Source: Macrostomum hystrix
Taxonomy: Eukaryota; Animalia; Platyhelminthes
Assembly: GCA_950097015.1 (NCBI GenBank)
Contig: CATNEN010000012.1
Span: 1,922,001 to 1,986,000 of the forward strand
DNA length: 64,000 bases
Direction of reading: 5' to 3'
Below are positions 1-12,639 of this stretch, piece by piece (position 1 is the first letter of the stretch; the number at the start of each line of letters is the position of its first letter). The position numbers and the translations under genes are program-made. The notes under the pieces were generated by a model. That model saw only the letters and a list, made by a program, of their open reading frames with translations. It had not been told where the DNA came from and ran no database searches.

Positions 1-3000
1 CGGGCGATCTTCGTCACCTATGAGACGCTTGTCCGGATCCTAATGCTCAAGGCCGGGTTGGATATGCCAACGATGCCATCGCACTGACGAACTAATATCA
101 TTGTCCAATTGACGAGTGTGTTAACACCGAAGATTCGAAAATAATCATGCCTCGAATATTTAGACGAGAATGAGTCTCAAAAGCCTCTCGAAAGGTACAC
201 CGTGCATTCTCATTTTAAGCGCTGTTGATAGTCTCCTCCGCCTGAGAATACAAAACGAACACTGCTTTTAGTGAGGTATTGGTAAAAAATTGTTCTGTAG
301 GAGAGATGAGACGTAGGAGAGATGAGACGTAGGAGAGATGAGACGTAGGAGAGATGAGACACGGGGAGAGATGAGACGTAGGAGAGATGAGACACGGGCA
401 GAGTTAAGAGGTAGGAGAGATGAGACACGGGAAGAGTTAAGAGGTAGGAGAGATGAGACACGGAGAGAGTTAAGAGGTAGGAGAGATGAGACACGGGAAG
501 AGTTAAGAGGTAGGAGAGATGAGACACGGGGAGGTTTGATACGTTGGAGAGATGAGACACGGGAGAGATGAGACACGGGAGAGTTGAGACACGGGGAGAG
601 ATGAGACACGGGGAGAGATGAGACGTAGGAGAGATGAGACGTAGGAGAGATGAGACGTAGGAGAGATGAGACGTAGGAGAGATGAGACGTAGGAGAGATG
701 AGACGTAGGAGAGATGAGACACGGGGAGAGATGAGACGTAGGAGAGATGAGACACGGGCAGAGTTAAGAGGTAGGAGAGATGAGACACGGGAAGAGTTAA
801 GAGGTAGGAGAGATGAGACACGGAGAGAGTTAAGAGGTAGGAGAGATGAGACACGGGAAGAGTTAAGAGGTAGGAGAGATGAGACACGGGGAGGTTTGAT
901 ACGTTGGAGAGATGAGACACGGGAGAGATGAGACACGGGAGAGTTGAGACACGGGGAGAGATGAGACACGGGGAGAGATGAGACGTAGGAGAGATGAGAC
1001 GTAGGAGAGATGAGACGTAGGAGAGATGAGACTGAGGAGAGATGAGACGTAGGAGAGATGAGACGTAGGAGAGATGAGACGTAGGAGAGATGAGACGTAG
1101 GAGAGATGAGACGTAGGAGAGATGAGACGTAGGAGAGACGAGACTGAGGAGAGATGAGACACGGGAGAGACGAGACTGAGGAGAGATGAGACACGGGAGA
1201 GACGAGACTGAGGAGAGATGAGACACGGGAGAGACGAGACAGCGGAGAGATGAGACACGGGAGAGACGAGACTGAGGAGAGATGAGACAGCGGAGAGATG
1301 AGACACGGGAGAGACGAGACTGAGGAGAGATGAGACAGCGGAGAGATGAGACACGGGAGAGATGAGACACGGGAGAGTTGAGACACGGGGAGAGAGGAGA
1401 GATGAGACACGGGGAGAGATGAGACGTAGGAGAGATGAGACGTAGGAGAGATGAGACTTTCTTAGTTGAGCCAATCCAATAGCGCTTGGCAACGGCTTTC
1501 TAAGACACCATCGGGCGATCTTCGTCACCTATGAGACGCTTGTCCGGATCCTAATGCTCAAGGCCGGGTTGGATATGCCAACGATGCCATCGCACTGACG
1601 AACTAATATCATTGTCCAATTGACGAGTGTGTTAACACCGAAGATTCGAAAATAATCATGCCTCGAATATTTAGACGAGAATGAGTCTCAAAAGCCTCTC
1701 GAAAGGTACACCGTGCATTCTCATTTTAAGCGCTGTTGATAGTCTCCTCCGCCTGAGAATACAAAACGAACACTGCTTTTAGTGAGGTATTGGTAAAAAA
1801 TTGTTCTGTAGGAGAGATGAGACGTAGGAGAGATGAGACGTAGGAGAGATGAGACGTAGGAGAGATGAGACACGGGGAGAGATGAGACGTAGGAGAGATG
1901 AGACACGGGCAGAGTTAAGAGGTAGGAGAGATGAGACACGGGAAGAGTTAAGAGGTAGGAGAGATGAGACACGGAGAGAGTTAAGAGGTAGGAGAGATGA
2001 GACACGGGAAGAGTTAAGAGGTAGGAGAGATGAGACACGGGGAGGTTTGATACGTTGGAGAGATGAGACACGGGAGAGATGAGACACGGGAGAGTTGAGA
2101 CACGGGGAGAGATGAGACACGGGGAGAGATGAGACGTAGGAGAGATGAGACGTAGGAGAGATGAGACGTAGGAGAGATGAGACGTAGGAGAGATGAGACG
2201 TAGGAGAGATGAGACGTAGGAGAGATGAGACACGGGGAGAGATGAGACGTAGGAGAGATGAGACACGGGCAGAGTTAAGAGGTAGGAGAGATGAGACACG
2301 GGAAGAGTTAAGAGGTAGGAGAGATGAGACACGGAGAGAGTTAAGAGGTAGGAGAGATGAGACACGGGAAGAGTTAAGAGGTAGGAGAGATGAGACACGG
2401 GGAGGTTTGATACGTTGGAGAGATGAGACACGGGAGAGATGAGACACGGGAGAGTTGAGACACGGGGAGAGATGAGACACGGGGAGAGATGAGACGTAGG
2501 AGAGATGAGACGTAGGAGAGATGAGACGTAGGAGAGATGAGACTGAGGAGAGATGAGACGTAGGAGAGATGAGACGTAGGAGAGATGAGACGTAGGAGAG
2601 ATGAGACGTAGGAGAGATGAGACGTAGGAGAGATGAGACGTAGGAGAGACGAGACTGAGGAGAGATGAGACACGGGAGAGACGAGACTGAGGAGAGATGA
2701 GACACGGGAGAGACGAGACTGAGGAGAGATGAGACACGGGAGAGACGAGACAGCGGAGAGATGAGACACGGGAGAGACGAGACTGAGGAGAGATGAGACA
2801 GCGGAGAGATGAGACACGGGAGAGACGAGACTGAGGAGAGATGAGACAGCGGAGAGATGAGACACGGGAGAGATGAGACACGGGAGAGTTGAGACACGGG
2901 GAGAGAGGAGAGATGAGACACGGGGAGAGATGAGACGTAGGAGAGATGAGACGTAGGAGAGATGAGACTTTCTTAGTTGAGCCAATCCAATAGCGCTTGG

Positions 3001-6000
3001 CAACGGCTTTCTAAGACACCATCGGGCGATCTTCGTCACCTATGAGACGCTTGTCCGGATCCTAATGCTCAAGGCCGGGTTGGATATGCCAACGATGCCA
3101 TCGCACTGACGAACTAATATCATTGTCCAATTGACGAGTGTGTTAACACCGAAGATTCGAAAATAATCATGCCTCGAATATTTAGACGAGAATGAGTCTC
3201 AAAAGCCTCTCGAAAGGTACACCGTGCATTCTCATTTTAAGCGCTGTTGATAGTCTCCTCCGCCTGAGAATACAAAACGAACACTGCTTTTAGTGAGGTA
3301 TTGGTAAAAAATTGTTCTGTAGGAGAGATGAGACGTAGGAGAGATGAGACGTAGGAGAGATGAGACGTAGGAGAGATGAGACACGGGGAGAGATGAGACG
3401 TAGGAGAGATGAGACACGGGCAGAGTTAAGAGGTAGGAGAGATGAGACACGGGAAGAGTTAAGAGGTAGGAGAGATGAGACACGGAGAGAGTTAAGAGGT
3501 AGGAGAGATGAGACACGGGAAGAGTTAAGAGGTAGGAGAGATGAGACACGGGGAGGTTTGATACGTTGGAGAGATGAGACACGGGAGAGATGAGACACGG
3601 GAGAGTTGAGACACGGGGAGAGATGAGACACGGGGAGAGATGAGACGTAGGAGAGATGAGACGTAGGAGAGATGAGACGTAGGAGAGATGAGACGTAGGA
3701 GAGATGAGACGTAGGAGAGATGAGACGTAGGAGAGATGAGACACGGGGAGAGATGAGACGTAGGAGAGATGAGACACGGGCAGAGTTAAGAGGTAGGAGA
3801 GATGAGACACGGGAAGAGTTAAGAGGTAGGAGAGATGAGACACGGAGAGAGTTAAGAGGTAGGAGAGATGAGACACGGGAAGAGTTAAGAGGTAGGAGAG
3901 ATGAGACACGGGGAGGTTTGATACGTTGGAGAGATGAGACACGGGAGAGATGAGACACGGGAGAGTTGAGACACGGGGAGAGATGAGACACGGGGAGAGA
4001 TGAGACGTAGGAGAGATGAGACGTAGGAGAGATGAGACGTAGGAGAGATGAGACTGAGGAGAGATGAGACGTAGGAGAGATGAGACGTAGGAGAGATGAG
4101 ACGTAGGAGAGATGAGACGTAGGAGAGATGAGACGTAGGAGAGATGAGACGTAGGAGAGACGAGACTGAGGAGAGATGAGACACGGGAGAGACGAGACTG
4201 AGGAGAGATGAGACACGGGAGAGACGAGACTGAGGAGAGATGAGACACGGGAGAGACGAGACAGCGGAGAGATGAGACACGGGAGAGACGAGACTGAGGA
4301 GAGATGAGACAGCGGAGAGATGAGACACGGGAGAGACGAGACTGAGGAGAGATGAGACAGCGGAGAGATGAGACACGGGAGAGATGAGACACGGGAGAGT
4401 TGAGACACGGGGAGAGAGGAGAGATGAGACACGGGGAGAGATGAGACGTAGGAGAGATGAGACGTAGGAGAGATGAGACTTTCTTAGTTGAGCCAATCCA
4501 ATAGCGCTTGGCAACGGCTTTCTAAGACACCATCGGGCGATCTTCGTCACCTATGAGACGCTTGTCCGGATCCTAATGCTCAAGGCCGGGTTGGATATGC
4601 CAACGATGCCATCGCACTGACGAACTAATATCATTGTCCAATTGACGAGTGTGTTAACACCGAAGATTCGAAAATAATCATGCCTCGAATATTTAGACGA
4701 GAATGAGTCTCAAAAGCCTCTCGAAAGGTACACCGTGCATTCTCATTTTAAGCGCTGTTGATAGTCTCCTCCGCCTGAGAATACAAAACGAACACTGCTT
4801 TTAGTGAGGTATTGGTAAAAAATTGTTCTGTAGGAGAGATGAGACGTAGGAGAGATGAGACGTAGGAGAGATGAGACGTAGGAGAGATGAGACACGGGGA
4901 GAGATGAGACGTAGGAGAGATGAGACACGGGCAGAGTTAAGAGGTAGGAGAGATGAGACACGGGAAGAGTTAAGAGGTAGGAGAGATGAGACACGGAGAG
5001 AGTTAAGAGGTAGGAGAGATGAGACACGGGAAGAGTTAAGAGGTAGGAGAGATGAGACACGGGGAGGTTTGATACGTTGGAGAGATGAGACACGGGAGAG
5101 ATGAGACACGGGAGAGTTGAGACACGGGGAGAGATGAGACACGGGGAGAGATGAGACGTAGGAGAGATGAGACGTAGGAGAGATGAGACGTAGGAGAGAT
5201 GAGACGTAGGAGAGATGAGACGTAGGAGAGATGAGACGTAGGAGAGATGAGACACGGGGAGAGATGAGACGTAGGAGAGATGAGACACGGGCAGAGTTAA
5301 GAGGTAGGAGAGATGAGACACGGGAAGAGTTAAGAGGTAGGAGAGATGAGACACGGAGAGAGTTAAGAGGTAGGAGAGATGAGACACGGGAAGAGTTAAG
5401 AGGTAGGAGAGATGAGACACGGGGAGGTTTGATACGTTGGAGAGATGAGACACGGGAGAGATGAGACACGGGAGAGTTGAGACACGGGGAGAGATGAGAC
5501 ACGGGGAGAGATGAGACGTAGGAGAGATGAGACGTAGGAGAGATGAGACGTAGGAGAGATGAGACTGAGGAGAGATGAGACGTAGGAGAGATGAGACGTA
5601 GGAGAGATGAGACGTAGGAGAGATGAGACGTAGGAGAGATGAGACGTAGGAGAGATGAGACGTAGGAGAGACGAGACTGAGGAGAGATGAGACACGGGAG
5701 AGACGAGACTGAGGAGAGATGAGACACGGGAGAGACGAGACTGAGGAGAGATGAGACACGGGAGAGACGAGACAGCGGAGAGATGAGACACGGGAGAGAC
5801 GAGACTGAGGAGAGATGAGACAGCGGAGAGATGAGACACGGGAGAGACGAGACTGAGGAGAGATGAGACAGCGGAGAGATGAGACACGGGAGAGATGAGA
5901 CACGGGAGAGTTGAGACACGGGGAGAGAGGAGAGATGAGACACGGGGAGAGATGAGACGTAGGAGAGATGAGACGTAGGAGAGATGAGACTTTCTTAGTT

Positions 6001-6341
6001 GAGCCAATCCAATAGCGCTTGGCAACGGCTTTCTAAGACACCATCGGGCGATCTTCGTCACCTATGAGACGCTTGTCCGGATCCTAATGCTCAAGGCCGG
6101 GTTGGATATGCCAACGATGCCATCGCACTGACGAACTAATATCATTGTCCAATTGACGAGTGTGTTAACACCGAAGATTCGAAAATAATCATGCCTCGAA
6201 TATTTAGACGAGAATGAGTCTCAAAAGCCTCTCGAAAGGTACACCGTGCATTCTCATTTTAAGCGCTGTTGATAGTCTCCTCCGCCTGAGAATACAAAAC
6301 GAACACTGCTTTTAGTGAGGTATTGGTAAAAAATTGTTCTG
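1..6341. repeat. Head-to-tail tandem array of a 1511-bp unit (351-bp unique segment plus 1160-bp GAGAGATGAGAC minisatellite); 4 full periods plus a partial, open at the left window edge
   Basis: The unique segment recurs at 1-297 (partial), 1458-1808, 2969-3319, 4480-4830 and 5991-6341. The ORF track gives identical translations at exact 1511-bp offsets. After the last copy the sequence continues into AT-rich single-copy DNA (TTGTTCTG|ACTATAGG instead of TTGTTCTG|TAGGAGAG). Confidence 0.95.
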
Positions 6342-6584
6342 ACTATAGGTTAACAATAGGAGAAATAGAATAGAAATTTTTAATTGCTGTAAAATTATAT
6401 TTTTTTTATATTTAGTCTTTAACGTTCATAGCCTTAGTTTATTAAATATCAAAACTTTAACACAGATAAATGATCAACAACAGCGTATATTTACATAGGT
6501 AGCGAGCCGCGTCACTTCAGGTAGACACGAAATGATTTATTATGTCAAAATGAATTCAACAAAGCTTTTAGCATGCTCATATAC

Positions 6585-8027
6585 CAGGGGGTCGGCAAAC
6601 TCCGGCCCGCGGGCCAGATGCGGCCCTCGAAGCTCCCAAATCCGGCCCGTTGCCCCTTCCGACACCTACAGTATCCTGTTTAATCTTCCCCTGTTTCATC
6701 TCTCCCCTGTCTCGTCTCTTCCGTGTCTCATCTCTCCGCTGTCTCATCTCTCCTCAGTCTCATCTCTCCCGTGTCTAATCTCTCCGCTGTCTCATCTCTC
6801 CTCAGTCTCGTCTCTCCCGTGTCTCATCTCTCCGCTGTCTCATCTCTCCTCAGTCTCGTCTCTCCCGTGTCTCATCTCTCCTCAGTCTCATCTCTCCCGT
6901 GTCTCATCTCTCCGCTGTCTCATCTCTCCTCAGTCTCATCTCTCCCGTGTCTCATCTCTCCGCTGTCTCATCTCTCCTCAGTCTCGTCTCTCCCGTGTCT
7001 CATCTCTCCACTGTCTCGTCTCTCCCGTGTCTCATCTCTCCTCAGTCTCGTCTCTCCCGTGTCTCATCTCTCCTCAGTCTCGTCTCTCCCGTGTCTCATC
7101 TCTCCTCAGTCTCGTCTCTCCCGTGTCTCATCTCTCCTCAGTCTCGTCTCTCCCGTGTCTCATCTCTCCTCAGTCTCGTCTCTCCCGTGTCTCATCTCTC
7201 CTCAGTCTCGTCTCTCCCGTGTCTCATCTCTCCTCAGTCTCGTCTCTCCCGTGTCCCATCTCTCCCATGCCTCATCTCTCCTCAGTCTCGTCTCTCCCGT
7301 GTCTCATCTCTCCCATGCCTCATCTCTCCTCAGTCTCGTCTCTCCCGTGTCTCATCTCTCCTCAGTCTCGTCTCTCCCGTGTCTCATCTCTCCTCAGTCT
7401 CGTCTCTCCCGTGTCTCATCTCTCCTCAGTCTCGTCTCTCCCGTGTCTCATCTCTCCTCAGTCTCGTCTCTCCCGTGTCCCATCTCTCCCATGCCTCATC
7501 TCTCCTCAGTCTCGTCTCTCCCGTGTCTCATCTCTCCCATGCCTCATCTCTCCTCAGTCTCGTCTCTCCCGTGTCTCATCTCTCCTCAGTCTCGTCTCTC
7601 CCGTGTCTCATCTCTCCTCAGTCTCGTCTCTCCCGTGTCTCATCTCTCCTCAGTCTCGTCTCTCCCGTGTCTCATCTCTCCTCAGTCTCGTCTCTCCCGT
7701 GTCTCATCTCTCCCATGCCTCATCTCTCCTCAGTCTCGTCTCTCCCGTGTCTCATCTCTCCCATGCCTCATCTCTCCTCAGTCTCGTCTCTCCCGTGTCT
7801 CATCTCTCCACAGTCTCGTCTCTCCTCAGTCTCGTCTCTCCCGTGTCTTATCTCTCCTCAGTCTCGTCTCTCCGCTGTCTCATCTCTCCTCAGTCTCGTC
7901 TCTCCTCAGTCTCGTCTCTCCCGTGCCTCATCTCTCCCCTATCTCATCTTTCTACAGTCAATGCGGCCCGCTGCCGTCTTTTAGGTTCTCTTTTTGGCCC
8001 ACTAGCTAATAAGTTTGCCGACCCCTG
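6585..8027. mobile_element. Non-autonomous hAT-type DNA transposon (MITE) with internal GTCTCATCTCTCC minisatellite
   Basis: TIRs CAGGGGGTCGGCAAAC (6585) and GTTTGCCGACCCCTG (ends 8027). Perfect 8-bp TSD TCATATAC at 6577-6584 and 8028-8035. Subterminal CGGCCCGCGGGCC is typical of hAT MITEs. The interior (~6700-7950) is minisatellite, with no transposase. Confidence 0.92.
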
Positions 8028-8405
8028 TCATATACGATGCGCGACAGAAATGAGCTAAGCTATAAAAACTAGTCAGATAGTTTTCATATGACTATATTTC
8101 TGACAAGGAATCACATAATATAATAAATATTTAATAAATCTAAAGACAAGAACATAACGCGGCTGCGTAGAAAGAAATTAAGGCATTGTCATTAAAATTA
8201 AGAATGGATTTTTTCGATTACAACTGTCGATTTATTTATAACTAAATTGTTGTATAAAGTCTTATTAACAGCCAATTCACTCGGTTGCACATATCGAAAA
8301 CAAAAACCCTACTGTTTGCAAAGCTATCACGATATTTAAATTGCATACAAAATCTGTTCCTTAGGACAGCAGGACTACCAAGCAATTTTGCCGCCCGTTA
8401 TTATA

Positions 8406-8953
8406 CCAGGGGGGGGATTCTCCCCCTGAAATGTTTTTGGCAGCGCCCGAATGCTAACAGCGTTGGGTGGTGACTGATTGGCTGACAGACTAGTCGATGG
8501 TGTCCTGTGGTTGAGCTGCGCCTAATATTTAGGCTTGATCAGGGAAATTGGAGAAATTCGCGTCAGAGTGTCCATAGTGGCCTAGTATCACCTGTTTGCA
8601 GCCCTTGAAGGTCCAGCAGTCCGTCTAAATAAAGGTAGGTGACCACCGAAGACGGAGATGATGCAGGCACATTCGGGTGACATGCTGAAAAATTTTGAAG
8701 GCCTGGCAAGGCCGCACTGAGGCGCAGTGCTAATGCGTGTATAGGGGTGTATGAAATACTCTAGCTCTAATAGGAAAACCTAGACCTTCGGCCAGAACCA
8801 TTGAATATCTCGACAGTCTGAAGAGCTAGTGACTTGAATCTTGTTTCAGAAGATGCGCAACAAAAAGTTGTCCCGTGTTCTTGAGTTTCGTGCGCTTGCG
8901 TTGTTCCGTTCGGGTGCAGCACAAAAAATTGTCAGGAAATTCCCCCACCCTGG
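8406..8953. mobile_element. TA-flanked non-autonomous DNA transposon (MITE) with ~50-bp imperfect TIRs
   Basis: TA|CCAGGGGGGGGATTCTCCCCCTGAAATGTTTTTGGCAGCGCCCGAATG at the left end; the right end reverse-complements to CCAGGGTGGGGGAATTTCCTGACAATTTTTTGTGCTGCACCCGAACG and is followed by TA. The internal sequence has a second copy at ~39395-39875. A TA TSD is compatible with Tc1/mariner; the superfamily is not proven. Confidence 0.75.
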
Positions 8954-9095
8954 TAGTTCTACTGTCAATAGAAAGATTTGCTTCTCTTACGACAAGCAAA
9001 TCACCATGCCTGTCAATATGTGCAGACAATATGAGACAACGAGCCTATTTGAACTGCGCATCTAATCTTCAGCAACAAGGCCACGCGGTACAGAG

Positions 9096-9686
9096 TTAAA
9101 AGTACAAAATATCTGAAGATTTAGGATAGCCAGATCGATCTACTAGATTAGCTGAGTTGCTGCCTGATTTGAACGTGGAGGGGATGCCTTGGACGTTTCC
9201 AGGCTGATGTGGCGGGAATGGCGGCGGCGGTGGTGGCAGAGGAGGCGTCTGCTGCTGCAACGGAGTGGAGTTCATTGAATGCCGATTATCTGACGGGCTG
9301 GATGCAGCCGGCGTCGGCACCGTCGCTGGCTGATGATCTGGATTGGCGCGCAGGTGCCGACGCATGTGCCAGTTCGAGGCCACGCGCAGGCCGCAGGTCA
9401 GGCAGGGGAACGGCTTGTTGCCTGAGTGAATTAACAGATGTCGTTTAAGGCCCTTGTCCTCGGCGAAGTCCTTCGGGCACAGGGGACACTGATACGGCCG
9501 GCCGGAGGTGGACGACGACGACGACTCGCCGACTGTCGAAGCTGGCGCGGCTGCTGGGGCTGCAGCCGCAACCGCCGTAGCGGTCATGGCGGACTCAATC
9601 TTAAGGCGACCCTTGCGCTTCTTCTGCTTGGCAACGGAGCCAGCTGACTGAATGTCGGCTAGGCCAACAATGCCAGGATAGCTGGA
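9096..9686 (-). CDS. C2H2 zinc-finger protein, terminal (or sole) coding exon
   Basis: Two Kruppel-type fingers (YQCPLCPKDF...LKRHLLIH, SGNKPF linker, CLTCGLRV...MRRHLRANPDH), with Ala/Ser/Pro-rich flanks. A polypyrimidine acceptor (CTCTCTCACTCCCAG) lies at 9687 and the frame is open from 9686, including a KQKKRK NLS-like motif. An ATG in GCCATG context is at 9587. Upstream exons were not identified. Confidence 0.8.
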   Translation of the reverse strand, partial: SSYPGIVGLADIQSAGSVAKQKKRKGRLKIESAMTATAVAAAAPAAAPASTVGESSSSSTSGRPYQCPLCPKDFAEDKGLKRHLLIHSGNKPFPCLTCGLRVASNWHMRRHLRANPDHQPATVPTPAASSPSDNRHSMNSTPLQQQTPPLPPPPPPFPPHQPGNVQGIPSTFKSGSNSANLVDRSGYPKSSDILYF

Positions 9687-11444
9687 CTGGGGAGTGAGAG
9701 AGACGAAAAAGATGTATTTACCTCTCTATGAGATACAGAACTTCAGATACAAAAAAACTCTAGTCTTAATGAACTTTAGTCGACCTTGTTAATTTCTAGA
9801 AACTAAAAGTCAATTATGAAGTAATATACCAAATCCCAAATAGCAATCATCACTGCAAAACATTACATGAAATAAAAAGCACAATTCACATTTCTGGTTT
9901 ATTAAATTATTACTTTTATTGCTTTCTTTTCCTTTGTAGTACATTTTTATTCTTTATAGGCTTTCATTGTGGACAGCTACAGAATTTTATTTCAGATTTT
10001 CATATGATTGTATTCTGAGACAATAGGTTTTTACCTGGTCAAATAGCACTGAAGAGAGAGAAACATATGTATGTCTTCTATCATAAAAAAACTTAAAATT
10101 GACAGCACAGCCCCATGAGAGACCTAACACCAAGCTATTAATGACCTTTAAAACTGTCTGGCATATTTTTTACTAAAATTACTAGGCCTGGTACCCATCT
10201 TTATATTCAAATTGTTATTCCGACTTAATAAAAAAGACAATATTACAAAAAAAATTATTATTCCTTAAGTTAAGTTTTGAACACAACATTAAGCAACATT
10301 TTACATAAAAAGTACATGATAGGATGTTATATATTAAAAGTGCATAATTAGAATGACAATATTTTTTGGAAACTGAACTAAAAATGCAAGTCTGCACACA
10401 AATATATAATTGACTTCTGGATTCTGAATCCAAAGCCAAGCCAAGGCTACAAACCAAAGTGAATTTAATATACTCTAGAACAGACTGAAAAAGCATATGT
10501 GAAACTTTTTTATTTGCTTGCTATAAATTGCAATAAGTTAAATACTTCTGACGCTTAAATCAAATTGTCCTGACTAACTTAGCTAACATAATTATTTTTT
10601 ACTGAAGTTTGATATTTCCAAGAGCTAGAGGCAATGAGCATTGACATTACAATTCATTACATTAAACTCCATATTACTGATCCTAATTTTGTTTGCACTA
10701 TTATTTCCTTTGCTGTAGAATGAAGACCAGACAATATTGTTAAGCAATAAACGAACAATTTAATTATTGATCTTAAAGAGCATTGCATCGGAACTGCAGC
10801 AATTTTTCTTTATCATACAAGTTTCCTAGAAAAAGAAGGAGTCTTAAATTCGCGCTTGCTTTGATTTCCACCTTGTTTTATCAAAGATAAAGGTGTACCT
10901 GTAAGGTTAAATGTTAATTAATAATTTTGCAATTTTATAAGAATTAAAAATATACATATTATATTTATTTATCTCTTTAAGCAGCTAGCTTAATGTATCT
11001 CAGGTTGTTTTGCCTCGCAACAGACATCTCCGACCGAGATCATTTTTATCTCGTAAAAATTATGATAAAAAGAGATATAAAGTGCGTGCAATTTTTTGAA
11101 AGCCTCATAATTGCGAATAATTAACGCAATAACTAACATTATTAATACTGCCAAGAATTTGATACTTGATAGAAACTTGATAGAAAGTTTTTCCAATATT
11201 GAGCTCTTCCTTATGAAGATGGGGTCTTTAACTTTGACTTTTTATGTTGTTATGGTTTGTGCATTGCAACGAAAAAAATCTATTGTTTCTCGATTAAACT
11301 TTGCAGGATGGTCAAACTTCTTGGCACTTCGACAGCAAGAAAATAGGAAATAACAAATAACAAGAAATAAACATTTTACATCACTGGGTTTTCTACCGTT
11401 TATATTGATGGAATATAAATAATGCTATTCAAATAAAAAATTGC

Positions 11445-11730
11445 TTTTATCTGCCCTAATAAGCAGCCGACAGCACACCCGCACGCTGCAGCTATTTCGC
11501 GGCGCATCCGAAAGCTGCCGCTGCGTACGGCTTTTTAGTCCATAATTGAGAGGGGCCGGACGCCACACGCATACTCAGCCGATGTTTGTATCGGAACCCA
11601 AGTAACAGCTCAATGAACTGAAGCAATGTAGAGTTAAGTGTCTTTCTTAAGCACAGAATACGTTCCGGTGGAGTTGAGGATCGAACCCCCGACCTTCAAG
11701 TTATAAGTCCGTCGCTCTCAACACCTCTAA
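11445..11730 (-). mobile_element. tRNA-derived SINE with CORE-like central domain (diverged copy)
   Basis: The minus strand has a B-box (GGTTCGATCCT), then AAGACACTTAACTCTACATTGCTTCAGTTC, then CCGTACGCAGC...GATGCGCCGCG...TGTGCTGTCGGCTGC, all colinear with the element at 58381. Confidence 0.8.
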
Positions 11731-12639
11731 TTACTCCAATTACTGGACTTTATTGGACTTTGTTGATGAACAGAACGATTGTACATGTCAAATGTACATA
11801 ATTTACATGTCAATGCTATCTTGATCGCGGCTGGATCAATAATATGCATCATTTCATCGTTAAATCTTTTTTAAGGTAAATATAGCCTTATTGCTTGATG
11901 AAAGGTTTAAAATGCTGCATAGCCACATTAAAAGCAAAAGCAAGTTAAACTCAGAATCATATTCTAGAAACTTATTTTCCTTACGCTTGCCTGCACAACA
12001 ATTAATGTCGCAACTCCCATTAAAAAATATGATCACGCTATAGGGCTAACAATTTTTTTCTCAACAATTTTAAAATTTCTATTTCACAATGGGCATTAAT
12101 GGACGAAAAAATGGAATCTTTGTTGGTTTGTTTAGATAAAAGAAACAAGTGGAATATTTCCCCCTCTTGAACTCTGCTTCCTGTGAACTGTAAAACGGCC
12201 AGCAGCAGGTGATGACGACCCTCTTCACACGTGTGCGCATGTTTATCGCTTTTCCATTCTTAGAAAGCCTCTAAAAGCGACCTTGTACGAGGCTTATGCG
12301 TGGAACAAACGCATCGCGGCTTGGCTTTTTGGCACCTGTTGAAAACTTTTTGTGCAAATTGAAGTTGAAGCAAAAAATAAAGGCTTCTTGACACTCACTT
12401 CAGCAGTTTAACTTCCCAGCTAGCGTGGTATTTGTTGGTTGCCTACTTGCCCTGTTATGTAATCTGGCTTGCAGGCTAAACAAACATTCGTTTCTCTTTT
12501 GTGTGACACAAGCAAAATATTCTACAAGCATGGGCCAAGTTAGATCTTCCATAACTGCTTAACCTGTTAGAGGAAAATGATGTTAGTCATAACAAGAGTT
12601 AGCCTCTAAATAATGACTAACACAGTGGAATATGTTCGA

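Noticed and set aside
210-8058. Long ORFs (e.g. SHLSRVSSL repeats, 386-508 aa; RRRRDETR, 77 aa)
   Set aside because: They are open in several frames simply because the minisatellite units lack stops; no domain or splice context.
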